Notes under the pieces: generated by a model
What the model saw: the letters and a program-made list of their open reading frames with translations, nothing else
Database searches by the model: none
What the model was told of the DNA's origin: nothing
Assembly (NCBI GenBank): GCA_022798335.1
Contig: JAAWMH010000002.1
Span: forward strand, 9,949-73,948
DNA length: 64,000 nt
DNA from: Clostridia bacterium
GTDB lineage: Bacteria; Bacillota; Clostridia; TANB77; CAG-508
Direction: 5' to 3'
In this document: in pieces, positions 9,742 to 20,231 of the stretch
Layout of the letters: every line of letters begins with the position of its first letter
Numbering within the stretch: the first letter of the stretch is position 1
Translations under genes and position numbers: made by a program

Positions 9742-10187
9742 TGCCATTAATGCCAAAAAGAACAAAATATAGAAAACAACAAAAAGGTAGAATTAGAGGA
9801 AAAGCAACAAGAGGAAATACTGTTACAGACGGAGAATTCGGTCTACAATCTACAGAAATTGGACTAATTACTTCAAACCAAATTGAAGCAGCCCGTGTTG
9901 CCATGACTCGTTATATTAAAAGAGGTGGAAAAGTTTGGATCAAAATTTTCCCTGACAAACCAATGACTGCAAAACCTATTGGTACTCGTATGGGTAAAGG
10001 TAAAGGAGCAGTAGAATTTTGGGTAGCTCCTGTAAAACCAGGAAGAGTTATGTTTGAAATTGCTGGAGTACCAGAAGATATAGCAAAAGAAGCTCTACGT
10101 TTAGCAGGAAATAAACTATCTGTAAAATGTAAGTTTGTCAAAAGAGAAACTGAAAACGAGGTAGGTGATAGTGATGAAGATAAATAA
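9741..10187 (+). CDS. rplP: 50S ribosomal protein L16
   Basis: [17 protein letters not shown]... Confidence 0.95.
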
Positions 10188-10383
10188 AATAAAAGAAATG
10201 TCTTCACCAGAATTAGAAAAAGAATTAGGAGAACTAAAAAATGAGTTATTTAAACTAAGATTTAGTTTAGCAACAAATGGATTAGATAATCCTATGAAAA
10301 TTAAAGAAGTGAAAAAAGACATTGCAAGAATAAAAACTATATTAAGAGAAAGAGAACTTAAGTCAGACGTTAATGAAGCATAA
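10174..10383 (+). CDS. rpmC: 50S ribosomal protein L29
   Basis: [33 protein letters not shown] at 10174 lies inside the track ORF and overlaps the rplP end. Confidence 0.9.
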   Translation: MKINKIKEMSSPELEKELGELKNELFKLRFSLATNGLDNPMKIKEVKKDIARIKTILRERELKSDVNEA

Positions 10384-10396
10384 GTTTATATATATG

Positions 10397-10438
10397 ACTT
10401 ATGCGTAGCGAAGCAGAACTAGCAGAGAATAAATAATA
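10397..10438 (+). repeat. Copy of the ACTTATGYGTARCGAAGCAGARCTAG repeat
   Basis: About 85 percent identical to 5367-5400. Preceded by the perfect hairpin GCATAAGT/ACTTATGC, which spans the rpmC stop codon. Confidence 0.6.
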
Positions 10439-10521
10439 GGAACACGAACACACTAAGGTCTAAAAATAACTAAAAGGAAAAGTGTGCTATTGTTAAAAAA
10501 CTCAGAAAAAGGAGGAAAAAA

Positions 10522-10785
10522 ATGGAAGAAAGAAATCTTCGTAAAGTTATGATTGGCACTGTTGTTTCAGATAAAATGGATAAAACTGTTGTAGTAGCTG
10601 TTCAAACAAATGTTATGAATAAAATGTATGGAAAAATTCAAAAAAGAACATACAAATTAAAAGCACATGATGAAAACAATCAATGCCAAACAGGTGATAA
10701 AATAAAAGTAATGGAAACAAGACCACTTTCTAAAGATAAAAGATGGAGAGTAGTTGAAGTTATAGAAAAGGCAGTTATAAAATAG
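10522..10785 (+). CDS. rpsQ: 30S ribosomal protein S17
   Basis: [19 protein letters not shown]... Confidence 0.95.
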   Translation: MEERNLRKVMIGTVVSDKMDKTVVVAVQTNVMNKMYGKIQKRTYKLKAHDENNQCQTGDKIKVMETRPLSKDKRWRVVEVIEKAVIK

Positions 10786-10886
10786 AAAAAGATAATAAAA
10801 CCTTGCGAAAGACACATCGAAGATTCTAAAACAACCACTGTGAAAAAAAGTGTGTCATCGTTAGAAACTAGGAAGGAGAAAGGAAA

Positions 10887-11255
10887 ATGGTACAACAACA
10901 AAGTATCTTAAAAGTTGCCGATAATACTGGTGCAAAAGAAATTATGTGTATCAGATGTTTAGGTGGATCATATAGAAAATATGCTGGTATAGGTGATATC
11001 ATTGTTGCTTCTGTTAAAACAGCTACACCAGGTGGCGTTGTAAAAAAAGGCGATGTAGTAAAAGCTGTTGTAGTAAGAACTAAAAAGCAAGTTAGAAGGC
11101 TAGATGGTTCTTATGTAAGATTTGATGAAAATGCAGCAGTTATTATAAAAGATGACAAAACACCAAAAGGAACTCGTATTTTTGGACCAGTAGCTAGAGA
11201 ATTAAGAGATGGAGAATATATGAAAATTTTATCTCTAGCACCAGAGGTTCTTTAG
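10887..11255 (+). CDS. rplN: 50S ribosomal protein L14
   Basis: [18 protein letters not shown]... Confidence 0.95.
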   Translation: MVQQQSILKVADNTGAKEIMCIRCLGGSYRKYAGIGDIIVASVKTATPGGVVKKGDVVKAVVVRTKKQVRRLDGSYVRFDENAAVIIKDDKTPKGTRIFGPVARELRDGEYMKILSLAPEVL

Positions 11256-11424
11256 AATGTTAGCTAAAATGTCTTGTAGACATTTTGCGTTACAAACTAA
11301 AGATGCGTAAACTTTAAATTTTGTTAGTGAGTTTAGCCCTTAGGCTAAACGAAGAATACAAAATTAAAGTTGGAGCTTCTATAAGTTAAGTTCCTAAAAT
11401 TAAAATAAAGAGGTGAAAATATAA

Positions 11425-11733
11425 ATGAAAATAAAAAAAGGTGATAATGTTAAAGTTTTATCAGGAAATGACAAAGGCAAGACAGGAGAAGTTTTAGACG
11501 TAATACCAAAAACACAAAAAGTAATTGTAAAAGGTGTTAATATTCGTAAAAAACATGTGAAGCCTAGAAAACAAGGTGAAGAAGGCGGAATTATTCCAGT
11601 AGAATGCAGTATACATAGCAGCAAAGTAAATGTAGTATGTCCAAAATGTAATAAGGCTACAAGAGTAGGTTATTTAGTAGAAGGAGATACAAAAGTACGT
11701 GTTTGCAAACAATGTGGAAATAAATTAAAATAG
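11425..11733 (+). CDS. rplX: 50S ribosomal protein L24 (Cys4 variant)
   Basis: KOW motif [23 protein letters not shown]-terminal CPKC...CKQC. Confidence 0.9.
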   Translation: MKIKKGDNVKVLSGNDKGKTGEVLDVIPKTQKVIVKGVNIRKKHVKPRKQGEEGGIIPVECSIHSSKVNVVCPKCNKATRVGYLVEGDTKVRVCKQCGNKLK

Positions 11734-11755
11734 GAAGGAGGCCATAATAAGACTT

Positions 11756-12295
11756 ATGGAAATATTAAAAGAACAATATCAAAAAGAAGTTATACCAGCA
11801 ATGATGAAAAAATTTAATTATAAATCAGTTATGGAAGTTCCAAAGCTAGAAAAAATTGTAATCAATGTTGGTTTAGGAGATATGAAAGATAATCCAAAAG
11901 CATTAGATAATACCATTAATGATTTAACTATTATTACAGGACAAAAACCAATTGTAACAAAAGCAAAAAAAGCAATTGCAGCTTTTAAAATTAGAGAAGG
12001 TGTTAATATTGGTTGTAAAGTTACATTAAGAGCTGGAAAAATGTATGACTTTGCTTACAAACTATTTAATGTAGCTATTCCAAGAATAAGAGATTTTAGA
12101 GGAGTATCTAGCAATTCATTTGATGGAAGAGGAAATTATTCAATGGGAATTAAAGAGCAATTAATTTTCCCTGAAATTGAATATGACAAAATTGATAAAA
12201 TTAGAGGTATGGATATTATATTTGTTACCACAGCTAAAACAGATGAAGAGGCAAAAGAATTACTAGCGTTATTAGGAATGCCATTCCAAAACTAA
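11756..12295 (+). CDS. rplE: 50S ribosomal protein L5
   Basis: Operon position; [14 protein letters not shown]...[19 protein letters not shown]. Confidence 0.95.
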   Translation: MEILKEQYQKEVIPAMMKKFNYKSVMEVPKLEKIVINVGLGDMKDNPKALDNTINDLTIITGQKPIVTKAKKAIAAFKIREGVNIGCKVTLRAGKMYDFAYKLFNVAIPRIRDFRGVSSNSFDGRGNYSMGIKEQLIFPEIEYDKIDKIRGMDIIFVTTAKTDEEAKELLALLGMPFQN

Positions 12296-12316
12296 TAAGG
12301 AAGAAAGGAGAAATTC

Positions 12317-12502
12317 ATGGCTAAGAAATCTTTAAAAGTAAAACAACAAAGAGAACAAAAATACAAAACTAGAGAATATAATCGTTGTAAAATTTGTGGA
12401 AGACCACATGCATATATTAGAAAATTTGGAATTTGCCGTGTTTGTTTTAGAGAATTAGCTCATAAAGGAGAAATCCCAGGAGTAAAAAAAGCAAGCTGGT
12501 AG
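12317..12502 (+). CDS. rpsN: 30S ribosomal protein S14, short zinc-binding (type Z) form
   Basis: 61 aa; [25 protein letters not shown]...W. Confidence 0.95.
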   Translation: MAKKSLKVKQQREQKYKTREYNRCKICGRPHAYIRKFGICRVCFRELAHKGEIPGVKKASW

Positions 12503-12530
12503 AAGTAAAAAAAGGAGGGAAAAGATTAAT

Positions 12531-12929
12531 ATGAATACAACTGACCCAATTGCAGATATGCTAACAAGAATTAGAAATGCCAATAGCCAAAAACATAAAA
12601 CTGTAGATATACCTGCATCAAATGTAAAAAAAGCAATTGCAAATATTCTATTTCAAGAAGGATATATTGCAGCTTTTGAAGAAATTAATGACAAAGCGCA
12701 AGGTGTGATTCGTATCACATTAAAATATAGCGAAAATGGAAGCCGTGTAATAGATGGTTTAAGAAGAATTAGTAAACCAGGATTAAGAGTATATGCGGCA
12801 AAAGATGAATTACCACAAGTTCTAAATGGTTTAGGTATTGCTTTAATTTCTACTTCAAAAGGAATTAAAACAGATAAAGACGCAAGAAACGAAGGACTAG
12901 GTGGAGAAGTATTAGCGTATATTTGGTAG
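12531..12929 (+). CDS. rpsH: 30S ribosomal protein S8
   Basis: [14 protein letters not shown]... Confidence 0.95.
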   Translation: MNTTDPIADMLTRIRNANSQKHKTVDIPASNVKKAIANILFQEGYIAAFEEINDKAQGVIRITLKYSENGSRVIDGLRRISKPGLRVYAAKDELPQVLNGLGIALISTSKGIKTDKDARNEGLGGEVLAYIW

Positions 12930-12946
12930 GAAAGGAGGAACAAAAA

Positions 12947-13486
12947 ATGTCAAGAATAGGCAATAAACCAATTACAGTACCAGAAGGTGTAGAAGTTACA
13001 CTTAAAGAAAATCATATTACTGTAAAAGGACCAAAAGGAACTTTAGAAAGAGAACTTCATAAAAATATAGCAGTAACAATGGATGGAAATACAATTCATG
13101 TTACAAGACCAAATGACGAAGCAGAAAATAGAAGTTTACATGGTTTAACAAGAACTTTAATTAATAATATGATTGAAGGCGTTGTTCACGAATTTAAAAA
13201 AGAATTAGAAATAAATGGTGTTGGTTATAGAGCACAAAAAAAGGGAAACCAATTAGTAATGAATTTAGGATATTCTCATCCAGTTGAAATGGATCCACCA
13301 GAAGGAATTACATTTGATTTAACAGATGCTAACCACATTACTGTAAGAGGAATTGATAAAGAAGTAGTTGGTCAAACTGCAGCTGTTATTAGAACTAAAA
13401 GACCACCAGAAGTATATAGAGGAAAAGGTATTAAATATGCTACAGAGCATATTAGACGTAAGGAAGGTAAGTCTGGTAAAAAATAG
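12947..13486 (+). CDS. rplF: 50S ribosomal protein L6
   Basis: MSRIGNKPITVPEGVEV; ATG at 12947 after AAAGGAGG. Confidence 0.95.
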   Translation: MSRIGNKPITVPEGVEVTLKENHITVKGPKGTLERELHKNIAVTMDGNTIHVTRPNDEAENRSLHGLTRTLINNMIEGVVHEFKKELEINGVGYRAQKKGNQLVMNLGYSHPVEMDPPEGITFDLTDANHITVRGIDKEVVGQTAAVIRTKRPPEVYRGKGIKYATEHIRRKEGKSGKK

Positions 13487-13642
13487 AATTTAAATGAAAA
13501 ACTTTGTCTTGCTATTTTTAACCTTTGTAAAAATTTTTTCAACATGCCATGCGTATAGTTTCAAAAATTTTTGATTGGTTGCCTAGCAATACTTGTTTTT
13601 GATTTGAATTTCCTTAATATTAAGAAAGGAGAGCTAATAAAA

Positions 13643-14002
13643 ATGATTAAGAAAATAGACAGAAAATTAGAAAGAGAAAGAAGACATAAAAGAGTTCGCA
13701 CTAAAATTTCTGGAACTGCAGAACGTCCAAGACTATGCGTATTTAGAAGTAATAGTAACCTTTATGTTCAAGTAATAGATGACCAAAAAGCTACTACTTT
13801 AGTGCAAGCATCTACTTTAGACAAAGAAGTAAAAACAAAACATGCTAACAAAGAAGCTGCAAAAGAAGTAGGAGCTCTAGTAGCAAAAAAGGCTTTAGAA
13901 AAAAATATTAAAGAAGTTGTTTTTGATAGAGGTGGCTACATATATCATGGTGTAGTAAAAGAATTAGCAGAAGCTGCAAGAGAAGGCGGCTTAGAATTCT
14001 AA
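13643..14002 (+). CDS. rplR: 50S ribosomal protein L18
   Basis: [27 protein letters not shown]; ATG at 13643 after AAGGAGAG. Confidence 0.95.
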   Translation: MIKKIDRKLERERRHKRVRTKISGTAERPRLCVFRSNSNLYVQVIDDQKATTLVQASTLDKEVKTKHANKEAAKEVGALVAKKALEKNIKEVVFDRGGYIYHGVVKELAEAAREGGLEF

Positions 14003-14102
14003 TAGCTGTTAAGGCTTTGCCTGTTACAGATATTAGACACAACTTTAAGCAAAGCAAAAAGTTGCAAACATTTATAGTAAATAATAAGGAGGGAAAAATA
14101 AA

Positions 14103-14594
14103 GTGCAATCAGAAAATACATCAGAATTAAAAGAAAAAGTAGTTGCAATCAACAGAGTAGCAAAGGTTGTTAAAGGTGGTAGAACCTTTAGATTTAGTGC
14201 TGTTGTTGTTGTTGGAGATGAAAATGGTCATATTGGTGTAGGAAATGGAAAAGCTGCTGAAGTTCCAGATGCTATTAGAAAAGCAATTGAAGAAGCTAAA
14301 AAGAATTTAGTAGAAGTTCCAATCGTTGGAACAACAATTCCTCATGAGTATGTTGGTAAATTTGGAAGTGCAAGTGTTATGTTAAAACCAGCTGCAGAAG
14401 GTACTGGAGTTATTGCTGGTGGTAGTGTAAGACCAGTATTAGAGCTTGCAGGATACAAAGATATTAGAACAAAAGTAATTGGTACAAATAATCCTAGAAA
14501 CGTAGTTTATGCTACAATTGAAGGATTAAAAAGTATGCAAACAATAGAGCAAGTAGCTCATAAAAGAGGAAAAGCAGTAGCAGATATTAAATAA
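14103..14594 (+). CDS. rpsE: 30S ribosomal protein S5
   Basis: [27 protein letters not shown]; GTG start after AGGAGGG. Confidence 0.95.
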   Translation: MQSENTSELKEKVVAINRVAKVVKGGRTFRFSAVVVVGDENGHIGVGNGKAAEVPDAIRKAIEEAKKNLVEVPIVGTTIPHEYVGKFGSASVMLKPAAEGTGVIAGGSVRPVLELAGYKDIRTKVIGTNNPRNVVYATIEGLKSMQTIEQVAHKRGKAVADIK

Positions 14595-14620
14595 GCCGTA
14601 CGAAGCAAAGTGAGTTACGG
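14595..14620 (+). repeat. Hairpin-family member: stem CCGTA/TACGG, loop CGAAGCAAAGTGAGT
   Basis: Starts immediately after the rpsE stop. Same architecture as 24492-24517, 24524-24552 and 59305-59341. Confidence 0.65.
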
Positions 14621-14695
14621 ATTACTTATAGTTATTGTAATTTCTCAAAAAATTACAAACATTAATAATGATAAAATAGGAGGTGTAATCGCAAA

Positions 14696-15130
14696 ATGAA
14701 ATTAGACGAAATAAAACCAGCACAAAAAGCAAAAACAGGGATCAGAGTTGGTCGTGGAATTGGTTCAGGTCTTGGAAAAACTTCTGGAAGAGGACATAAA
14801 GGTCAAAAAGCAAGAAGTGGCGGAGGAGTAAGACGTGGATTTGAAGGTGGCCAAACCCCATTATATAGAAGATTACCAAAAAGAGGATTTAATAATATTC
14901 ATTCTAAAAATTATACAGAAGTAACACTTACTATGCTTAATAAAGCAAGCTCAGAAGAGGTTACTGCTGAAAGTTTAATTAAAGACGGTATTATTCGTAA
15001 AGAAAAAGATGGTATCGTAATTATTGCAACAGGTACTTTAGATAAAAAAGTGAATGTAAAAGCTGTAAAATTTACTAAAGCTGCAAAAGAAAAAATTGAA
15101 GCTTTAGGAGGAAAGGCTGAGGTGATTTAA
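14696..15130 (+). CDS. rplO: 50S ribosomal protein L15
   Basis: [25 protein letters not shown]. Confidence 0.95.
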   Translation: MKLDEIKPAQKAKTGIRVGRGIGSGLGKTSGRGHKGQKARSGGGVRRGFEGGQTPLYRRLPKRGFNNIHSKNYTEVTLTMLNKASSEEVTAESLIKDGIIRKEKDGIVIIATGTLDKKVNVKAVKFTKAAKEKIEALGGKAEVI

Positions 15131-16458
15131 TGTTTAAAACGATCATTAACGCATTTAAAACACCAGATGTTAGAAAGAGAATTTTATATACACTACTTTT
15201 AATTGTACTTTTTAGATTAGGTTGCTTTATTACAATTCCAGGTGTAGATACAGTAGCATTAAATACTGCAATGAATGATTCTACAAATGGAGTAGCAGGA
15301 TTAATCAACTTAATTTCAGGAGGAGCTTTTTCTAGGTTCTCTATCTTTGCAATGTCTATTACACCATATATTACAGCATCTATTGTAATTCAATTATTAG
15401 GAATGGTAATTCCTTCATTAGAAAGATTAATGAAGGAAGGTGGAGAAGAAGGAAGAAATAAAATTAATCGTTATACAAAGTTTGTAACCATTATACTTGC
15501 TTTAATAGAAGGTATAGGATTATACTTATCTTACCAATCTTCAGGAATATTCGTAGGAAGTGGATTCTTAACAGGATTTGTAGTAGTTATTTCACTAATG
15601 GCAGGAACTTCACTTCTAATGTGGCTTGGTGAACAAATAACAGATAAAGGAATAGGAAATGGTATTTCAATGATTATTTTTGCAGGTATCGTTTCAGGTT
15701 TACCAGGTGCTGTTAATATGATTTGGAATCAAATCATGGGAACAGGTTCATTTAGTACTACTGGTTTACTAATTTCTTTAGGAATTATTATAGGAGCAAT
15801 TATTTTAATTGCAGGAGTTATTTTTGTACAACAAGCAGAAAGAAGAATTCCTGTACAATATGCTAAAAGAGTAGTAGGAAGAAAAATGGTAGGAGCACAA
15901 AACACACATATTCCATTAAAACTTGCAATGGCAGGAGTTATGCCAATTATCTTTGCTTCATCATTTATGACATTCCCTGCTATGATTATCCAAATGTTTG
16001 TGCCAGATATAGCTATGCAAACAAGTGGATTTTGGCATATTATTTATACATTTTCAATAGCAACTTCATCATCAGGTGTGCCAGTAGGTTATACAATAGC
16101 AAACGCAATTGTTTATTTATTACTAATTGTAGGTTTCACATTCTTTTATACCTATGCAACCTTTAATCCAGCAGAAGTATCAAACAACATTAAGAAAAAT
16201 GGAGGTTTCATACCAGGTATTAGAGCTGGAAAACCAACAACAGAATATTTAGCATCTGTTATGTCAAAACTATTATGGTTTGGAGGATTATTCTTAGCAA
16301 TTATTGCTATTTTACCAATGCTTGTTAGATTTATACCAAATGTTAACTTAGCATTTGGTGGAACATCTATCTTAATTGTAGTAGGTGTAGCATTAGAAAT
16401 GGTACAACAATTAGAATCTTTACTTGTAATGAGACATTACAAAGGTTTCTTAGATTAA
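15130..16458 (+). CDS. secY: Preprotein translocase subunit SecY
   Basis: 442-aa polytopic membrane protein between rplO and adk; ...GISPYITASIVIQLL-like segment. Confidence 0.95.
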   Translation: MFKTIINAFKTPDVRKRILYTLLLIVLFRLGCFITIPGVDTVALNTAMNDSTNGVAGLINLISGGAFSRFSIFAMSITPYITASIVIQLLGMVIPSLERLMKEGGEEGRNKINRYTKFVTIILALIEGIGLYLSYQSSGIFVGSGFLTGFVVVISLMAGTSLLMWLGEQITDKGIGNGISMIIFAGIVSGLPGAVNMIWNQIMGTGSFSTTGLLISLGIIIGAIILIAGVIFVQQAERRIPVQYAKRVVGRKMVGAQNTHIPLKLAMAGVMPIIFASSFMTFPAMIIQMFVPDIAMQTSGFWHIIYTFSIATSSSGVPVGYTIANAIVYLLLIVGFTFFYTYATFNPAEVSNNIKKNGGFIPGIRAGKPTTEYLASVMSKLLWFGGLFLAIIAILPMLVRFIPNVNLAFGGTSILIVVGVALEMVQQLESLLVMRHYKGFLD

Positions 16459-16549
16459 TTTGAGAGATAAAAAAGCAAATTAGGGCGGACAGGTGTTAAA
16501 ATTAACACATATAGTTCCGTCCAAAATGCGTGAAGGGAGAATTTAAAAC

Positions 16550-17212
16550 ATGTATGTTGTTATGTTAGGAGCTCCAGGAAGTGGAAAAGGAACAACAGCT
16601 AAAATATTAGCAAGCAAAACAAATTTACCTCATATTTCTACAGGGGATATGTTTCGTGAGCAAATTAAAAACCAAACTGAACTTGGAAAACTAGCAGATA
16701 GTTATATATCAAAAGGAAATTTAGTTCCAGATGAAGTAACTATTAATATTGTAAAAGATAGATTAAGTTGGGAAGATACTAAAAATGGAGTAATTCTTGA
16801 TGGATTTCCAAGAACAGTAGAACAAGCAGAGGCATTAGATAAAATTTTAGAAGAGCAAGGTAAAAAGATTGATATCGTACCAGAGCTACAAATAACAGAT
16901 GAAATAATTATTGAAAGAATTTTAAATCGTGTTACGTGTTCAAATAAAGAATGTGGTGAAATATATAATACAAAATTCAAACCATCAAAAATAGAAGGTG
17001 TTTGCGATATTTGTGGTGCAAAATTAGTTAGTAGAGTAGATGACAACAGAGAAACAATTAAAGAACGTTTAAAAACTTATTATCAAAATGCTGCAGGAAT
17101 TATTGAGTATTATAAACAAAAAGGTGTGCTATGCCCAATTTGCCCAGAAGATCCTACAGCAGAAGATGCTTCAGAACAAGCGGTAAAAGCTATCTTAGAG
17201 CAAAGGAAGTAA
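16550..17212 (+). CDS. adk: Adenylate kinase (zinc-lid form)
   Basis: GAPGSGKGT P-loop; lid CSNKECGEIY...CDICGAKLVSRVDD. Confidence 0.95.
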   Translation: MYVVMLGAPGSGKGTTAKILASKTNLPHISTGDMFREQIKNQTELGKLADSYISKGNLVPDEVTINIVKDRLSWEDTKNGVILDGFPRTVEQAEALDKILEEQGKKIDIVPELQITDEIIIERILNRVTCSNKECGEIYNTKFKPSKIEGVCDICGAKLVSRVDDNRETIKERLKTYYQNAAGIIEYYKQKGVLCPICPEDPTAEDASEQAVKAILEQRK

Positions 17213-17217
17213 TAAAA

Positions 17218-17988
17218 TTGGTAACAATAAAATCACAAAAAGAAATAGAAAAAATGAAAGAGGCTTGTAAAATTACAGCTTTTGTTTATGAAGAAATAGA
17301 AAAATACATAAAACCAGGAATAACAACCATGGAGTTAGACCATTTTGCAGAAAGACTAATTTACGAAAAAGGAGGTATTCCAGCACAAAAAGGTTATCCA
17401 AGTGGACAAAAAGGAGTACCTGCTTTTCCTGGTACTTTATGTATTTCTATTAATGATGAAATTATTCATGGTATCCCATCTAATAAAATAATCATTAAAG
17501 ATGGAGATATTGTAAGTATTGATTTAGTAGTATATAAGAATGGATTTCATGGAGATGCAGCAAGAACTTATATTGTTGGAAACAAAACAGCAGAAAAACA
17601 AAAGTTAGTAGAAATTACAAAACAAGCTTTTTTTGAAGGAATAAAATATGCAGTAAAAGGAAACCGTATTGGAGATATTTCACATGCAATTGGTGAATTT
17701 GTTCAAAAGAATGGTTACAATGTAGTAAAAGAATTTCAAGGTCATGGAATAGGAGAAGAAATGCATGAAGATCCAGGCATTCCAAATTATGGAAAAGCAG
17801 GAAGGGGAATAAGACTAGAACCTGGCATGACGCTAGCAATAGAGCCAATGGTTATGGCAGGAAAATCTGATATTTGTGTATTAGATGATGGCTGGACAAT
17901 TATTACTGAAGATGGATCTTTAGCAGCACATTATGAAAATACAATTTTAATTACAGAAAAAGAACCGGAAATATTGACATTGTTATAA
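17218..17988 (+). CDS. map: Methionine aminopeptidase type I
   Basis: TTG start 6 nt after the adk stop, with AAAGGAAG RBS. LVTIKSQKEIEKMKEA...HGIGEEMHEDP...AHYENTILIT. Confidence 0.9.
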   Translation: MVTIKSQKEIEKMKEACKITAFVYEEIEKYIKPGITTMELDHFAERLIYEKGGIPAQKGYPSGQKGVPAFPGTLCISINDEIIHGIPSNKIIIKDGDIVSIDLVVYKNGFHGDAARTYIVGNKTAEKQKLVEITKQAFFEGIKYAVKGNRIGDISHAIGEFVQKNGYNVVKEFQGHGIGEEMHEDPGIPNYGKAGRGIRLEPGMTLAIEPMVMAGKSDICVLDDGWTIITEDGSLAAHYENTILITEKEPEILTLL

Positions 17989-18089
17989 TTTTACTGTATA
18001 CTATATAAGATATTATGCATTTATTTGTAAAAAAGATTTTAAGGACATGTAAAAATGGCTTAAAATAAACAAATAGAGAGAAAGGAGAT

Positions 18090-18116
18090 ATGCTAAGTAC
18101 AAAAAAGGGGTACTAG
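18090..18116 (+). CDS. 8-codon upstream mini-ORF (MLSTKKGY) in the infA leader
   Basis: Strong AAAGGAGA RBS 2 nt upstream. The ORF lies inside the hairpin ATGCTAAGTAC/GTACTAGCAT and stops 12 nt before the infA ATG. Confidence 0.35.
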   Translation: MLSTKKGY

Positions 18117-18128
18117 CATACACAAAAT

Positions 18129-18347
18129 ATGTCAAAAGAGGATGTTATTGAGGTAGAAGGTACTGTTGTAGAAGCATTACCAAATACAAACTTTAAAGTA
18201 GAACTAGAAAATGGACATCAGATTTTAGCTCATATTTCTGGAAAATTAAGAATGAATTACATTAAAATTCTTCCAGGAGATAAAGTAAAAGTAGAATTAT
18301 CACCATATGATTTGAGCAAAGGTCGTATCACATGGAGAGCAAAATAA
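18129..18347 (+). CDS. infA: Translation initiation factor IF-1
   Basis: [30 protein letters not shown]... Confidence 0.95.
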   Translation: MSKEDVIEVEGTVVEALPNTNFKVELENGHQILAHISGKLRMNYIKILPGDKVKVELSPYDLSKGRITWRAK

Positions 18348-18380
18348 TTTTAAAATAATCTAAATGAAGAGGTGAAAAAA

Positions 18381-18494
18381 ATGAAAGTAAGACCATCAGT
18401 AAAGCCTATGTGCGAAAAATGTAAAGTTATTAAAAGAAAAGGAAAAATCAGAGTAATCTGTGAAAATCCAAAACACAAACAAAGACAAGGATAA
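18381..18494 (+). CDS. rpmJ: 50S ribosomal protein L36
   Basis: Not in the ORF track because it is too short. [37 protein letters not shown], preceded by GAGGTG. Confidence 0.95.
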   Translation: MKVRPSVKPMCEKCKVIKRKGKIRVICENPKHKQRQG

Positions 18495-18535
18495 AATCTT
18501 TAAGCATATAACACAAGTCATCTAAATAGCGGCTG

Positions 18536-18590
18536 TAGATTTATGAAAAATTCATCAAAGTGGATAACAAAATGAATTTTCATAAATCTA
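18536..18590 (+). repeat. Long near-perfect inverted repeat in the rpmJ-rpsM spacer
   Basis: TAGATTTATGAAAAATTCAT ... ATGAATTTTCATAAATCTA, about 19 bp with one bulge. No T-run follows. Confidence 0.7.
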
Positions 18591-18737
18591 TAATTTCAGG
18601 AGATTTGTGTTTATATATATGTCTAAAATATTATTGATTGGTTTTTAGCCAATGCATTTCACCGATAATTTATTTAGACAAAACAAAATAAAAAAACAAA
18701 AATAGTAAAATAAAAAACTATGGAGGTGCAAATTAAA

Positions 18738-19106
18738 ATGGCTCGTTTAGCAGGAGTTGATTTACCTAGAGAAAAAAGAGTAGAAATTGGTTTAACCTAT
18801 ATTTATGGTATAGGGCTAACAAGTGCTCAAAAAATTCTAGCAAAAGCAAAAGTTAATCCAGATATTAGAGTAAAAGACTTAACTGATGACCAAGTACAAG
18901 CAATTAGAAATGCAATGGAAGGTTATACAGTTGAAGGTGACTTACGTAGAGAAGTTGCATTAAATATTAAAAGACTAACTGAAATTGGATGCTATAGAGG
19001 TATGAGACATAGAAGAGGTCTTCCAGTAAGAGGACAAAGAACAAAAACTAATGCTCGTACAAGAAAAGGCCCTAGAAAATTAGTTAGCAAAAGCAAGAAA
19101 GACTAA
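18738..19106 (+). CDS. rpsM: 30S ribosomal protein S13
   Basis: [26 protein letters not shown]; ATG at 18738 after GGAGGTG. Confidence 0.95.
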   Translation: MARLAGVDLPREKRVEIGLTYIYGIGLTSAQKILAKAKVNPDIRVKDLTDDQVQAIRNAMEGYTVEGDLRREVALNIKRLTEIGCYRGMRHRRGLPVRGQRTKTNARTRKGPRKLVSKSKKD

Positions 19107-19127
19107 ATAAGGAGGGAATAATTAAAA

Positions 19128-19529
19128 ATGGCAGTAAAAAATGTAACGAAAAAAACAGTAACTAGAAGAAGAGATAGAAAAAACATTGAAAAAGGAATGG
19201 CACATATTCATTCTAGTTTTAATAATACAATTGTTACAATAACAGATGTTCAAGGAAATACAATTTCTTGGGCTAGTAGCGGTGGACTTGGATTTAAAGG
19301 TTCAAGAAAAAGCACACCATTTGCAGCTGGAGAAACAGCAGAAACTGCAGCAAAAGCAGCAATGGAACATGGTTTAAAATCAGTAGAAGTATTTGTAAAA
19401 GGACCAGGATCTGGTCGTGAAGCAGCAATTAGGTCATTACAATCAGCAGGATTGGAAATTAGTTCAATTAAAGATGTTACTCCAATACCTCATAATGGTT
19501 GTAGACCACCAAAAAGAAGAAGAGTATAA
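19128..19529 (+). CDS. rpsK: 30S ribosomal protein S11
   Basis: [22 protein letters not shown]...[13 protein letters not shown]. Confidence 0.95.
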   Translation: MAVKNVTKKTVTRRRDRKNIEKGMAHIHSSFNNTIVTITDVQGNTISWASSGGLGFKGSRKSTPFAAGETAETAAKAAMEHGLKSVEVFVKGPGSGREAAIRSLQSAGLEISSIKDVTPIPHNGCRPPKRRRV

Positions 19530-19547
19530 GGATGGTGAAAAAATAAA

Positions 19548-20174
19548 ATGGCAAGATATAAAGATGAACAATGTCGTATTTGTCGTAGAGAAGGACAAAA
19601 ATTGTTCTTAAAAGGATCAAGATGCTATACAGACAAGTGCAGCATTTCTAGAAGAAATTATGCACCAGGTCAAAATGGTCAAAAAAGAAAGAAACTTTCT
19701 GAATATGGTACACAGCTTAGAGAAAAACAAAAAACAAAATCATTCTATGGTGTAAGTGAAAAACAATTTAGAAAATACTTTGACATGGCTTCAAGTACTC
19801 GCGGAAAAACAGGTGAAGTATTACTACAAATATTAGAAAGTAGATTAGATAACGTTATTTATCGTTTAGGATATGGAGCTTCAAGAGCTCAAGCAAGAAT
19901 GCTTGTAACACATGGAACATTTGAAATAAATGGACAAAAAGTAGATATTCCATCTTATTTAGTAAAAGCAGGAGACGTAATTAGCGTTAGAGAAATTAGA
20001 AAAGATAATGGCATCATTAAATTAAATGTTGAAGAAAATGCAGCAAGACCTGTTCCAGAGTGGCTACAAAAAGATAGCAAAAATTTAAATGGTAAAGTAG
20101 TAAGACTACCAGCAAGAGAAGATGTTGATATTCCAGTTGAAGAACATTTAATAGTAGAGCTTTACTCTAAATAA
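19548..20174 (+). CDS. rpsD: 30S ribosomal protein S4
   Basis: [23 protein letters not shown]... Confidence 0.95.
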   Translation: MARYKDEQCRICRREGQKLFLKGSRCYTDKCSISRRNYAPGQNGQKRKKLSEYGTQLREKQKTKSFYGVSEKQFRKYFDMASSTRGKTGEVLLQILESRLDNVIYRLGYGASRAQARMLVTHGTFEINGQKVDIPSYLVKAGDVISVREIRKDNGIIKLNVEENAARPVPEWLQKDSKNLNGKVVRLPAREDVDIPVEEHLIVELYSK

Positions 20175-20231
20175 TAAGTTAGTTGTTAGAATAGAAATTA
20201 TTTTCTATGTAAAGTATTTAGGAGGTAAAAA

